NCBI GenBank assembly: GCA_964488685.1
Contig: CAZAVY010000008.1
Span: 1 to 58,148 of the forward strand
Source: an uncultured Gammaproteobacteria bacterium
Lineage (GTDB): Bacteria > Pseudomonadota > Gammaproteobacteria > GCA-001735895
Length of the DNA: 58,148 nucleotides
Reading direction: 5' to 3'
A program made the position numbers and the translations under genes. Under the pieces are notes generated by a model, which saw only the letters and a program-made list of their open reading frames with translations, ran no database searches and was not told the DNA's origin. Positions 20,492 through 30,929 of the stretch are shown here, piece by piece; the first letter of the stretch is position 1; each line of letters opens with the position of its first letter.

Positions 20492-20675
20492 ACCCGGGAA
20501 ATTCATAAATCATGCACAATTTCGCTAGACATCATGTTTTAACTTCCCTGTCGAAAACATGAAGTCTGATGTTTTCGACAAGAATGGTTCCAGAAAAAAG
20601 CGTTCTATAACAATTCGTTGCAAGTTAAAACATATCAGCCCGCATTTCTCACCCGGATTTATGAATTTCCCGGGT
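20492..20675. repeat. 184-bp nested inverted-repeat element
   Basis: Perfect 20-bp IR 20492-20511/20656-20675 (ACCCGGGAAATTCATAAATC); perfect 12-bp IR 20534-20545/20622-20633; perfect 12-bp IR 20549-20560/20569-20580. Confidence 0.9.
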
Positions 20676-21172
20676 CAAATTCGTTTCAACTGCCGTATGA
20701 GCTTTTCAAACAGGCCCTGTTCCAAATTTTCTAGCATACGGGCCTTTTGCCGCGATGAGGATAGCAGGTTGTCGTCATCGAGCACGATATCTTCCTGCAG
20801 CAGCAGGGTTTTGGTGGGCGCGAGCAACCCCCCGTCGGCGGACTTCAGGTTGAAGGTCAGGCTGCGCGAAAGTCGCTCTACCGTTTTACCGTTGCTGGCA
20901 CTGGAAACCAGCCTGCGATCATCCAGGACTTTTAGCGACACCATCAACAATACCGCTTTCGAATCTTCGTGGCTGACGAGACGTGCCCCGGCGCGGATCA
21001 ACTGCAGTTGCAGCGCTTCCTGTTGTCGCTGGCTAAGATCACTGGTTTGCAGGACTATCGAGGACAGGTCATCCGGCAGTTCGGTGGTACCAGCCAGTTG
21101 ATAACCACAGGAGGCGAGGCTTAATCCTGCAACCAATACAAACCAGAAGCGAATGATATCGGGTCTCAGCAT
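20675..21172 (-). CDS. lptE: LPS assembly lipoprotein LptE
   Basis: Lipobox LASC-GYQL, directly downstream of leuS. Confidence 0.88.
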   Translation of the reverse strand: MLRPDIIRFWFVLVAGLSLASCGYQLAGTTELPDDLSSIVLQTSDLSQRQQEALQLQLIRAGARLVSHEDSKAVLLMVSLKVLDDRRLVSSASNGKTVERLSRSLTFNLKSADGGLLAPTKTLLLQEDIVLDDDNLLSSSRQKARMLENLEQGLFEKLIRQLKRI

Positions 21173-21217
21173 AATTTCGGCTTATTCCGGGGGCGCATTG
21201 TTGAGGCAAAATACAGG

Positions 21218-23665
21218 CTAGACAACAATATTGACCAGTTTTCCAGGCACAATTATGACTTTCTTTACCGGATCATCCCCGATGAATCGATTGACCTGTT
21301 CATTTGCCATCGCGGTGGCTTCGCAAGTGTCGCGATCGGCGTCGGCGCCAATCAGCATCTTGCCGCGTAACTTGCCATTTACCTGGATCACCATCTCAAT
21401 GTGTTCCTGTACCAGTGCGGTTGCATCGACTTCTGGCCAGGGGTGATCGATGATCACCGATTCATGGCCCAGATCCCGCCATAAGCGGTGGCAGATATGT
21501 GGAATTATCGGAGCCAGCATCAGCACAATGTTATCGAATACTTCCTGGCGGATCGCCCTACCGGCGGAGGTGTCATCCTGGTATCGCGAGACACTATTGA
21601 GCAGTTTCATGTTGGCCGCGATTGCGGTGTTAAAGGTTAGTCTACGATCATAGTCATCGGTTACCTTTTTTATCGTCTGGTGCAACTTCAAGCGCATTGC
21701 CTTCTGCTCGTCATTGAGGGTTTCCATATCGAAGATGGCTGGTTCGACACAATCAACCACCTGCTCCTGTACCGCCGACCACAGGCGTTTCAGGAAACGA
21801 AAGGCCCCCTCGACCCCGGAATCCGACCAGTCCAGCGACTGTTCCGGTGGCGACGCAAACATGATGAACAGGCGCACCGTGTCGGCACCGTAGCGGTCGA
21901 TTAAATCCTGCGGGTCGACGGTATTACCCTTGGACTTCGACATCTTGCTACCGTCCTTCAGCACCATCCCCTGGGTTAGCAGGCGCTTAAAGGGTTCGCT
22001 GGATTCGATCAGGCCTTCGTCACGCATCAGCTTGTGATAAAACCGTGCATAGAGCAAATGCAATATCGCGTGCTCGATACCACCGATATAGAGGTCGACC
22101 GGAGACCAGTAACCGGCTCGTTCATCGAGCATTGCCGCGGCTTGATCGGGACAGCTGAAGCGCTCCTGATACCAGGATGACTCCATGAAAGTATCGAAAG
22201 TATCGGTTTCACGCTCAGCCGGTCCAGCGCATTGTGGGCAGGTTATGTTCTTGAACGAGTCCATTTTTTTGATCGGTGAGCCGATACCTTCAAATTCGAC
22301 TGCTTCGGGCAATACCACCGGTAAATCAGCTTCGGGGACCGGCAACATGCCGCAGCCGTCGCAGTTGATCACCGGTATCGGCGCACCCCAGTAGCGCTGT
22401 CGTGACACGCCCCAGTCTCGCAAGCGGTAATTTACCTGGCGGCTGCCTTTGCCCCGGCTCTCGATGTGATCGGCGATACGCTCGAACGCCGCTTCGAATT
22501 CGAGCCCGTCGAGAATTTCGGAATTGCAACAACGGCCTTCCTTGGTGACAAATGAGCCCGTGTCGAGATCTATCGGCGAACCGTCTGCCGGTGCAACCAC
22601 TTGACGGATTTCGATGTGGTACTTGCGTGCAAACTCCCAGTCGCGCTGGTCGTGACCCGGAACCGACATTATTGCACCGGTGCCGTAGCCCATGAGCACA
22701 AAGTTCGCGATCCAGATTGGAATTTGCTCACCGTTGACCGGGTTTACGGCATTGATTCCAAGTGCCATACCGAGCTTTTCCATCTTCTCGAGCGCAGCCT
22801 CGGAGATATTCATTTTCCGACAGGTTTCAACAAATTCAGCCACTTCAGGGTTATCCGTCGCAGCGGCAAGCGCCAATGGATGCTGGGCTGCGATCGCCAT
22901 GAAAGTCGCGCCATACAGCGTGTCGGGACGCGTGGTGTAAATCATCAGCGGGTCATGCCCGGGAACCTCGAATTCGACTTCCATGCCTTCTGAACGCCCG
23001 ATCCAGTTACGCTGCATGGTTTTAACCTGTTCAGGCCAATCAAGCTGCTCCAGATCGTCCAGTAGCTCTTCCGCGTAATCGGTAATTTTAAGGAACCACT
23101 GTGCAATTTCGCGGCGTTCGACCTCGCTATCGCATCGCCAGCAGCGCCCTTCGATGACCTGTTCGTTAGCGAGCACGGTCTGATCAACCGGGCACCAGTT
23201 GACCGGCGCCGTTTTCTTATAGGCGATTCCTTTTTCCATCAGTCGAGTAAACAACCATTGCTCCCAGCGATAGTATTCCGGCTTACAGGTGGCGAGTTCG
23301 CGATGCCAGTCGTAGCCGAAGCCGAGCAATTTCAATTGCCCGCGCATATAGTCTATGTTCTGGTAGGTCCAGCTTGCGGGCGGCACATTGTTTTTGATCG
23401 CCGCATTTTCAGCCGGCATGCCAAATGCATCCCAACCCATTGGCTGCAATACGTTAAAACCGAGCATGCGTTTAAAACGCGATATTACATCGCCGATGGT
23501 GTAGTTGCGTACGTGACCGATATGCAATTTACCACTGGGGTATGGAAACATGCACAGACAGTAATAACTTTCACGAGCCGGGTCTTCGTCGACTTCGAAA
23601 ACCTGTTCGTCAGCCCAGAATTGTTGCGCTTCAGCCTCCAGTGTTTGGGGGTCGTATGTGTCCAT
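21218..23665 (-). CDS. leuS: Leucine--tRNA ligase
   Basis: HIGH (LHIGHVRNY), KMSKS, editing-domain TTRPDT; true start likely MDTYDPQ at 23665. Confidence 0.99.
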   Translation of the reverse strand: MDTYDPQTLEAEAQQFWADEQVFEVDEDPARESYYCLCMFPYPSGKLHIGHVRNYTIGDVISRFKRMLGFNVLQPMGWDAFGMPAENAAIKNNVPPASWTYQNIDYMRGQLKLLGFGYDWHRELATCKPEYYRWEQWLFTRLMEKGIAYKKTAPVNWCPVDQTVLANEQVIEGRCWRCDSEVERREIAQWFLKITDYAEELLDDLEQLDWPEQVKTMQRNWIGRSEGMEVEFEVPGHDPLMIYTTRPDTLYGATFMAIAAQHPLALAAATDNPEVAEFVETCRKMNISEAALEKMEKLGMALGINAVNPVNGEQIPIWIANFVLMGYGTGAIMSVPGHDQRDWEFARKYHIEIRQVVAPADGSPIDLDTGSFVTKEGRCCNSEILDGLEFEAAFERIADHIESRGKGSRQVNYRLRDWGVSRQRYWGAPIPVINCDGCGMLPVPEADLPVVLPEAVEFEGIGSPIKKMDSFKNITCPQCAGPAERETDTFDTFMESSWYQERFSCPDQAAAMLDERAGYWSPVDLYIGGIEHAILHLLYARFYHKLMRDEGLIESSEPFKRLLTQGMVLKDGSKMSKSKGNTVDPQDLIDRYGADTVRLFIMFASPPEQSLDWSDSGVEGAFRFLKRLWSAVQEQVVDCVEPAIFDMETLNDEQKAMRLKLHQTIKKVTDDYDRRLTFNTAIAANMKLLNSVSRYQDDTSAGRAIRQEVFDNIVLMLAPIIPHICHRLWRDLGHESVIIDHPWPEVDATALVQEHIEMVIQVNGKLRGKMLIGADADRDTCEATAMANEQVNRFIGDDPVKKVIIVPGKLVNIVV

Positions 23666-23723
23666 AGGGTCCAGCGGTTGGAAAAAGGGGGAAGGATACT
23701 CCACCGCAGGGCTAACGCAAGGC

Positions 23724-25274
23724 TTAACCCGCTTTACGCCTCGCCAGTAACAGGACCGCCACAAAGGGTAGAATTGCAAGCAACCCCTGGACCCTGGCAA
23801 AATAATAAAACGGGGTAACCCCGGTTCGACCTTGCACTACTTCTGAAATCGATTGAGTCTTAAACTGCTCGCTGCGAGCGAGCACCTTTCCCTTGTGATC
23901 GATAAAGGCCGATACCCCGGTGTTGGTCGCTCGCATCAGCATACGCCCGGTTTCCTGGCTACGCATCTGTGCAATCTGCATATGCTGATGCGGCGCGGTC
24001 GAATCGCCAAACCAGGCATCGTTGCTCAAATTGACAAGCAGGTTCGCAGCGGGCAGCGCGAGTAAAATTTCTCGACTGAACACGTCCTCGAAACAGATCG
24101 ACATTCCAAGGGTAATATTATCGATCTGCATCAATGTCTGTTCGGTCGGCCCCGAAGTCAGATCCGAATAGGGAATGTTGATCAAACCTCTGAACAAGTC
24201 CAGCAACCATCGCATCGGATAATACTCCCCGAAAACAACCAGATGACGTTTGTGGTACAGACCACGCTTCTTCCCCAGCATTATAGCGCTGTTAAAGAAT
24301 CGGTTTTGCTCACCTTCGCTGACCACAAGGCCGGCAATAATAGTCGTATCCTGTTCGACCGCGGCCGTTTGCATCGGTTGCAGCAATGCTTGTTCAATTT
24401 CTTCCGAATTACCAGGTAAGGCCGTTTCTGGCCAGATAATCAGATCGCTATCCCAGTGCTGGCTGGTTTCGCGCCAGTAGGTATTGAATATATTCTGATG
24501 CTGATCACGACGCCATTTGATTTGCTGGGGGATATTGCCCTGTACCATTGTAACCTTGAGGGTACCCGCCTGTGCCTGGGTCCACTCCAGCGGTTGCAGT
24601 AACCACCCCGCCAGTGGCAACACTATCAGGATAACCAGCATCGAAAAACGCTTGTCACGCTGCAGAACAAACAGGGCCGAGGCCATTAAAATACAAATGG
24701 CACTGATACCATAGACTCCCACCAGCGGTGCATATCCTGCCAGCGGTGAATTGGTTTGCGAGTAACCGAGGCTCAACCAGGGCATGCCGGTGAAAATCCA
24801 GCCCTTGATCCATTCCAACCCGAACCAGAAAAAAGGCAGTAACCAGAAACCAGTATTCGTCAAATGACGTTGCGAGTAGCGCCAGAACAGCAGTGTCAGG
24901 GCGGGTGCCAGTGCCAGCACCAGAACCAGCAGGCCGGTAATAGCCGAGGCTACGATCGGAGGCGCCTGGCCAAAATCATGCAGGCTGTTATAAATCCAGT
25001 ACAACCCGAAACCGAAATAGCCAATGCCAAAAATCCAGCCGCTCAGAAATTGTTTGAGCAACGATTGTTGATACTGGATTAAGCAGAGCAAAAGCGCCGG
25101 AATCAGGATTGCCAGCGGCCATAGAAAAAACGGGGCAAACGCCAGCGGCAACATTGCTCCCAATGCAAAGGTTGCGCACAGGCGAATATAATCTTTATAG
25201 CGACTAATGATGCTCAGCGGAACGACTGCCGTTGTCGATGACCTGGTAGAGATGAACTTGGCGACTATCGGCAT
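23724..25274 (-). CDS. lnt: Apolipoprotein N-acyltransferase
   Basis: [30 protein letters not shown]; the real start is probably near the corC stop (~25210). Confidence 0.95.
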   Translation of the reverse strand: MPIVAKFISTRSSTTAVVPLSIISRYKDYIRLCATFALGAMLPLAFAPFFLWPLAILIPALLLCLIQYQQSLLKQFLSGWIFGIGYFGFGLYWIYNSLHDFGQAPPIVASAITGLLVLVLALAPALTLLFWRYSQRHLTNTGFWLLPFFWFGLEWIKGWIFTGMPWLSLGYSQTNSPLAGYAPLVGVYGISAICILMASALFVLQRDKRFSMLVILIVLPLAGWLLQPLEWTQAQAGTLKVTMVQGNIPQQIKWRRDQHQNIFNTYWRETSQHWDSDLIIWPETALPGNSEEIEQALLQPMQTAAVEQDTTIIAGLVVSEGEQNRFFNSAIMLGKKRGLYHKRHLVVFGEYYPMRWLLDLFRGLINIPYSDLTSGPTEQTLMQIDNITLGMSICFEDVFSREILLALPAANLLVNLSNDAWFGDSTAPHQHMQIAQMRSQETGRMLMRATNTGVSAFIDHKGKVLARSEQFKTQSISEVVQGRTGVTPFYYFARVQGLLAILPFVAVLLLARRKAG

Positions 25275-26058
25275 TTAGCACCTTGAAGGTTAAACGTTCG
25301 AGCATTGTCGATTCACCGCGTTGAGGTAAATGACCGAACTGACGCAGCAAAAAACCACCGATGGTTTCGATGTCCTCATTTTCAAATTCGGTATCAAAGT
25401 ATTCGTTGAATTCCTGTAGCGTTGTTAAAGCGCGAACACTGTAGCGATTCAAACTATGCTGCTGGATGTCGATTTCTTCATCGCCATCGTATTCGTCATC
25501 AATCTTGCCGACGATTTGTTCGAGTACATCTTCGATCGTGATCAAACCCGAAACGCCGCCATACTCATCGACGATCATCGCCATATGGCTGCGATTGAGT
25601 CGAAATTCCTTCAACAATACATTCAAACGTTTGCTTTCAGGTATAAATGACGCAGATCGAATATATTCATTGATTTCGAACTCCTGGCTTTGATCGAGCG
25701 ACAATTGCAGAAGATCCTTGGCGAGTAATATACCCACAATGTCATCCTTGTCGTCATCGATCACCGGAAAGCGCGAGTGGCCGGAGTCGGTGATTTTTTC
25801 GATTATTTCAGGCAACGAATCTTCGTGATCGAGCACAATCATCTGACCACGCGGAATCATGATATCGCGCACCTGCATGTCATCGACCTGCAGCACGCCT
25901 TCGATCATGGTGACTTCATCGGCTCCGAGGAGCTGATGCGATTGCAGGTTTTTTAACAGATCCAGCAACTGTTTCTGATTTTGGGGTTCGCCGGTAAAAA
26001 TATTAAAAACGCGATCCAGCCAACCCTTCCTCGACCCGCCGTTATCAGCGTCAGCCAT
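25204..26058 (-). CDS. corC: CBS/CorC Mg-Co transport-associated protein
   Basis: GHSRFPV, VDEYGGVSGLITIEDVLEQIVG, CorC_HlyC C-terminus; start probably MADAD at 26058. Confidence 0.95.
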   Translation of the reverse strand: MADADNGGSRKGWLDRVFNIFTGEPQNQKQLLDLLKNLQSHQLLGADEVTMIEGVLQVDDMQVRDIMIPRGQMIVLDHEDSLPEIIEKITDSGHSRFPVIDDDKDDIVGILLAKDLLQLSLDQSQEFEINEYIRSASFIPESKRLNVLLKEFRLNRSHMAMIVDEYGGVSGLITIEDVLEQIVGKIDDEYDGDEEIDIQQHSLNRYSVRALTTLQEFNEYFDTEFENEDIETIGGFLLRQFGHLPQRGESTMLERLTFKVLNADSRQVHLYQVIDNGSRSAEHH

Positions 26059-26084
26059 TAGCGCCCTCACTGCAGTGGATACAG

Positions 26085-26534
26085 TCAATCATTATACGGA
26101 TTAGTATAGCCCAGGCTATCAAGAATTTTCATTTCAAGCGTTTCCATTTCCCTGGCTTGCGCCGGATTCCGGTGATCGAAACCTTGCAGGTGCAGCATGC
26201 CGTGAACCACCAGGTGCGCCCAATGCGCATCTAACGGTTTACCTTGTGCTTCGGCTTCGGCAATCACTACAGGAGCGCAAATCACCAGGTCTCCCAGGCA
26301 GTCATAGTCAAGCAGCTCGGAATCACTGGGAAACGCGAGCACGTTGGTGGCGTTGTCCTGGTCTCGGAAGCGGTTGTTCAGATCGCAACTTTCCTCTGCG
26401 TTTACAATACGTACGGTTTGCTCGAGTTTGAGGTAGGGTTGTTGCAGCGAAGCCACAATCCAGTCCTGAAACCGGTTTTTCGCGGGAACCAGGTCGAACC
26501 CGGCGTCGTTTTGCAGATCAGTTTTTATCGCCAT
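26085..26534 (-). CDS. ybeY: rRNA maturation endoribonuclease YbeY
   Basis: [23 protein letters not shown]. Confidence 0.96.
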   Translation of the reverse strand: MAIKTDLQNDAGFDLVPAKNRFQDWIVASLQQPYLKLEQTVRIVNAEESCDLNNRFRDQDNATNVLAFPSDSELLDYDCLGDLVICAPVVIAEAEAQGKPLDAHWAHLVVHGMLHLQGFDHRNPAQAREMETLEMKILDSLGYTNPYND

Positions 26535-27465
26535 TTTCAAACTTGTCGTAGGCCTCGACAATCGATTGCACCAGCGGATGGCGGACCACGTCCTGTGAAG
26601 TAAAATAGGTGAAGCCAATGGAATCGAGTTGCTTCAGGATTTTAAGGCTATGGCGTAAACCCGAAGTATTTTTTTCCGGCAAATCGGTTTGAGTTATATC
26701 ACCGGTAACGACCGCTCGCGTGCCAAAACCGATGCGGGTGAGGAACATCTTCATCTGCACCGGCGTTGTATTTTGCGCTTCATCGAGAATGACGAAAGCG
26801 TTATTCAAGCTTCTGCCGCGCATGTAAGCCAGCGGCGCCACTTCGATAACATGGCGCGCAATCAGTTTTTCAACCTTGTCGAAGCCAAGCATTTCATAAA
26901 GCGCGTCGTAAACCGGGCGCAGGTACGGATCCACTTTCTGCGACAGGTCGCCGGGTAAAAAGCCCAGCTTTTCTCCCGCCTCGACCGCGGGCCGAGTCAG
27001 GATCAGGCGACTGACCTCCTCGTTTTCGAGCGCATGCACCGCCATCGCAACCGCGAGATAAGTCTTGCCGGTTCCAGCCGGGCCGATACTGAAATTGACG
27101 ACCTTGTTGGCAATACGCTCAAGATAACGACATTGCAACCTGGATTTCGGCGTAATGTACATGCTACGCAGTTTGATGGTGAAACGTTCGAGATCGACGA
27201 GCGCATGTTTGTCCGCGACCTGCAACAGGTTTTCCACCTGCTGTAATGACAACGCGGTTTCCCTGGTTTGTTCGAGAATGTGTTCGATGGTGTCGATAGC
27301 AGTCCGGGGAATCGCCTTGTTTGAATCCACCATGAGTTGCTCGTCCTTGAATCGCAGCGCAAAACTGAAATGCTTTTCGATCGCCTTGATATTGTTATTC
27401 AACACACCGCAAAAGTTGGAGATTTGCTCGGGTGTAACATCTGCCAGACTGATCGAACGTTTCAA
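26518..27465 (-). CDS. ybeZ: PhoH-like ATPase (YbeZ)
   Basis: [35 protein letters not shown]. Confidence 0.96.
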   Translation of the reverse strand: MKRSISLADVTPEQISNFCGVLNNNIKAIEKHFSFALRFKDEQLMVDSNKAIPRTAIDTIEHILEQTRETALSLQQVENLLQVADKHALVDLERFTIKLRSMYITPKSRLQCRYLERIANKVVNFSIGPAGTGKTYLAVAMAVHALENEEVSRLILTRPAVEAGEKLGFLPGDLSQKVDPYLRPVYDALYEMLGFDKVEKLIARHVIEVAPLAYMRGRSLNNAFVILDEAQNTTPVQMKMFLTRIGFGTRAVVTGDITQTDLPEKNTSGLRHSLKILKQLDSIGFTYFTSQDVVRHPLVQSIVEAYDKFENGDKN

Positions 27466-27468
27466 AGC

Positions 27469-28794
27469 TTAAACCGTCAGAGTTCCTTTCAACGAGTTGT
27501 TCAAGGCCTGGGTGATCTCAACCTGGGCAAATTGTCCGATCAGGCTGTCCGGACCAACGAAGTTCACTACCCGGTTGTTTTCGGTGCGTCCCGCCAGTTC
27601 CTGATCAGACTTGCGCGAAAAACCTTCAACCAGGATGCGCTGGGTAGCGCCCACCATCTGGCGAGAAATCTGATTTGCCTGATTCAGCAGCTTTTGCTGC
27701 AGCTCTTGCAAGCGTGCTTTCTTGACCTCCATGGATATATCGTCCGCCAAAAATGCGGCCGGGGTGCCGGGTCGAGCGCTATAGATAAAGCTAAACGATG
27801 CATCAAACCCGACATCGTCGATCAGTTTCATAGTCGCCTTGAAATCGGCATCGGTCTCTCCCGGAAATCCAATGATGAAGTCGGATGACATGCTGATATC
27901 GGGCCGGATTTGACGCAGTTTGTTGATCTTGTGCCGGTACTCAATCACGCTATGGCCGCGTTTCATCATCGAAAGAATGCGATCAGAGCCACTTTGCACC
28001 GGCAGATGCAAATGACTTACGAGTTCGGGAACGGTCGCATAGGCATCTATCAGATTGTCGGAAAACTCGACCGGGTGCGAGGTGGTATAACGGATGCGAT
28101 CGATGCCGTCGATCGACGCGATGTAATGTATCAGCAACGCCAGGTCCGCAGTATCGCCGTCGTCCATAACACCGCGGTAGGCGTTGACATTCTGACCGAG
28201 CAAATTGACTTCGCGCACGCCCTGCCCGGCAAGGCTCGCCACCTCGGCGACTATATCATCGAGCGGCCGGCTGATTTCTTCGCCTCGGGTATAGGGCACC
28301 ACGCAAAAGCTGCAATATTTGCTGCAACCCTCCATGATCGAGACCAACGCCTTGGCCCCGTCCGAGCGTGGCTCGGGTAAATGATCAAACTTCTCGATTT
28401 CGGGAAAGCTGACATCGACCACCGCTTTTCCACTGTTGCGCAACCGATGCAGCATCTCGGGTAAGCGATGCAAGGTTTGCGGGCCGAACACCATATCCAC
28501 GAAAGGCGCTCGCTTACGAATCGCCTCGCCTTCCTGGCTGGCAACGCAACCGCCGACACCGATAATCATATCGGGCCTGCTCTGCTTGAGTTTGTTCCAG
28601 CGACCCAGCTGCGAGAACACCTTTTCCTGGGCCTTTTCACGGATCGAGCAGGTATTCAACAACAGCAGATCCGCTTCCGACTCTTCATCGGTGACAGACA
28701 GGTTGCAACCCTCGGCGAGCACATCCAGCATTTTCGACGAGTCATACTCATTCATCTGGCAGCCATGGGTCTTAATGAAAACTTTACCGTTCAT
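27469..28794 (-). CDS. miaB: tRNA-2-methylthio-N6-dimethylallyladenosine synthase
   Basis: [17 protein letters not shown] radical-SAM motif, C-terminal TRAM domain. Confidence 0.98.
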   Translation of the reverse strand: MNGKVFIKTHGCQMNEYDSSKMLDVLAEGCNLSVTDEESEADLLLLNTCSIREKAQEKVFSQLGRWNKLKQSRPDMIIGVGGCVASQEGEAIRKRAPFVDMVFGPQTLHRLPEMLHRLRNSGKAVVDVSFPEIEKFDHLPEPRSDGAKALVSIMEGCSKYCSFCVVPYTRGEEISRPLDDIVAEVASLAGQGVREVNLLGQNVNAYRGVMDDGDTADLALLIHYIASIDGIDRIRYTTSHPVEFSDNLIDAYATVPELVSHLHLPVQSGSDRILSMMKRGHSVIEYRHKINKLRQIRPDISMSSDFIIGFPGETDADFKATMKLIDDVGFDASFSFIYSARPGTPAAFLADDISMEVKKARLQELQQKLLNQANQISRQMVGATQRILVEGFSRKSDQELAGRTENNRVVNFVGPDSLIGQFAQVEITQALNNSLKGTLTV

Positions 28795-28895
28795 GCGTGT
28801 ATTTTAGCGAAAAACGGGCAACATACACGGGGTTTGTGCGCGTTTCCAGCTTTTTAGACCGCCATAAAAACAGATAAACAGGAACTTGACTGATA

Positions 28896-30821
28896 TCATT
28901 CAACGCTTGCGAGTTTTTTTTCCTGCACCAGGTCAGCAACATTGCATTGCGGATGAAATCCCTTTACCGATTCAACCAGCAATTCACGACTATGCTCGAC
29001 ATCATGAGAATTAATCGTTTTCTCGAACCGATTGATGTATGCGGTCAATTTTTCCCAGGGCAAGCTGTCTTCAATGGCCGACATGATAAGCGGGTGCCTG
29101 GTCGGGATCACATTTTCGCCAATCAATAACTCTTCGTAAAGTTTCTCTCCGGGACGAAGCCCGGTGTAGACAATTTCAATGTCACCTCCAGGGTTGGATT
29201 CATCTTTTACTTCAAATCCGCTCAAATGAATCATGCGCCGCGCCATATCCAAAATCTTAACCGGTTCTCCCATGTCGAGCACAAAAACATCGCCACCCTT
29301 TCCCATTGCACTTGCCTGGATTACCAGTTGCGCAGCTTCCGGAATAGTCATGAAGTAGCGGATTATTTTTGGATCAGTAACCGTGACGGGGCCGCCTTTG
29401 AGAATTTGGTCACGAAATAGCGGCACAACTGAGCCAGATGAATCCAGCACATTTCCAAAACGCACCATGGTGAAGCGGGTATTGCCGATTTCTTCGATAT
29501 TTAGACTCTGCAGGATCATTTCGGCAAAGCGTTTTGTCGCGCCCATGGTATTGGTTGGTCGGACGGCCTTATCCGTTGAAACTAAAACGAAGGAACTCAC
29601 CCGGCTGTTGATAGCGGCCATGGCCGCTTTATAAGTACCCAGGACGTTATTTCTGATGGCTTCCGTAGGATTTTTCTCCACGATAGGCACGTGTTTGTAG
29701 GCAGCAGCATGGTATATTGTTTGTACGCCAAATACTCTACATACCGATTCCATACGGCTCTGGTTTAAAACTGAAGCTAATATTGGGACAATATGACTAT
29801 CCTGACCAGGATACAGCCTTTGTTCCAGTTCCATAAGCTCTTGCTCAATGAAATAGAGGCTATGTTCGCTGCGTTCAAACAACACCAGTGTGGATGGTTT
29901 GATTCTGACAATCTGGCGACATAATTCAGAGCCAATGCTTCCTCCTGCGCCAGTTACTAAGACTACCCTGTCCTTGACGTTCAAATTCAGCAGGTCAATA
30001 TCTGGTTCAACCGGGATCCGACCCAACAAGTCCAGCACCCCGACTTCACGAACATCATCGACCTTTACTTTGCCACTCGCCAAATCGTCCAATCCTGGTA
30101 GGGTGGAGACATGCACTGAGAAAGGTTCTAATCGAGAAATTATTTGGCTGCGCTGCGATCGAGGTACTGATGGCATGGCAATTAATACGCCAGTAACCGA
30201 AAAATTTTCAATGAGCGTATAAAGCTGGCTAAATGAGTAAACTCTGAGACCCCCGATATAGTTACCCTGTAATGCCGGATTATCATCGACAAACGCTACC
30301 GATCTATATTGAGGGCTACTAGCAAGAGCAGCGGCAAGCTGGATTCCGGCGCCACCAGCCCCGTAGATGACGACTCTTTTTGAATCCCCCCCAGATAAAA
30401 TAGGCTCTAGTTTTTTTGACACCCACCAGCGAGCAAAAACTCTGGTGCCCCCAATAAGCAATATAGCTACCAGCCAGTTAATCAGCAGGATGGAACGGGG
30501 TACTCCTGGTGTAGCGCTGAGTAAGACGAATACCCCCCACACCAGGGAGAAAAAACTAACTCCTTTTACGACCGACCAAATTGCTAAAATTCCTATGTAC
30601 CTGATTATCGTCCGGTACAATCCCTGCCAGTAAAATATCGGAATCGCGATTATCGGAGTGACCAAGTATAAATTGAGAATCTGGTTTTTAGGTACGTATA
30701 GCTCCCCTAGTCTTAAGGAAAATGCAGCCCAGAGGGAAAGTAACAGTAGTATGCTGTCAACGGTAACCCATATTATACGTTTTACATTTCTCGGAAGACT
30801 TAGTATTCCTGTTATTACCAT
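28896..30821 (-). CDS. Membrane-bound UDP-GlcNAc 4,6-dehydratase (PglF/WbpM/CapD family)
   Basis: N-terminal TMs, GAGGSIGSE, HAAAYKHVP, STDKAVRPTNTMGATK, RFGNV, GLRPGEKLYEEL; start likely MVITG. Confidence 0.93.
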   Translation of the reverse strand: MVITGILSLPRNVKRIIWVTVDSILLLLSLWAAFSLRLGELYVPKNQILNLYLVTPIIAIPIFYWQGLYRTIIRYIGILAIWSVVKGVSFFSLVWGVFVLLSATPGVPRSILLINWLVAILLIGGTRVFARWWVSKKLEPILSGGDSKRVVIYGAGGAGIQLAAALASSPQYRSVAFVDDNPALQGNYIGGLRVYSFSQLYTLIENFSVTGVLIAMPSVPRSQRSQIISRLEPFSVHVSTLPGLDDLASGKVKVDDVREVGVLDLLGRIPVEPDIDLLNLNVKDRVVLVTGAGGSIGSELCRQIVRIKPSTLVLFERSEHSLYFIEQELMELEQRLYPGQDSHIVPILASVLNQSRMESVCRVFGVQTIYHAAAYKHVPIVEKNPTEAIRNNVLGTYKAAMAAINSRVSSFVLVSTDKAVRPTNTMGATKRFAEMILQSLNIEEIGNTRFTMVRFGNVLDSSGSVVPLFRDQILKGGPVTVTDPKIIRYFMTIPEAAQLVIQASAMGKGGDVFVLDMGEPVKILDMARRMIHLSGFEVKDESNPGGDIEIVYTGLRPGEKLYEELLIGENVIPTRHPLIMSAIEDSLPWEKLTAYINRFEKTINSHDVEHSRELLVESVKGFHPQCNVADLVQEKKLASVE

Positions 30822-30929
30822 GATTTGAATTCTATATTGCCTCTTCGACGAGAATTTAATTCTAAGGCCAGGAACCTGCTCTGACAAATTCACTGCCTAC
30901 TGGTTTAGTGCAGATTATGCGGCGATTAC

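Noticed and set aside
15503-20656. 8-bp direct repeat TCACCCGG (15503-15510 and 20649-20656) as att-like ends of the insert
   Set aside because: Too short to exceed chance; no integrase, tRNA or recombinase nearby
20559-21101. 180-aa + strand ORF and the many other antisense/alternative-frame ORFs in the track
   Set aside because: Shadows of well-supported genes with no recognisable motifs
23666-23800. Long N-terminal extensions of leuS (also rsfS, ybeY, neuC, wbpD, wbpI, wzm in the ORF track)
   Set aside because: Artefacts of longest-ORF calling; homology-consistent starts lie downstream
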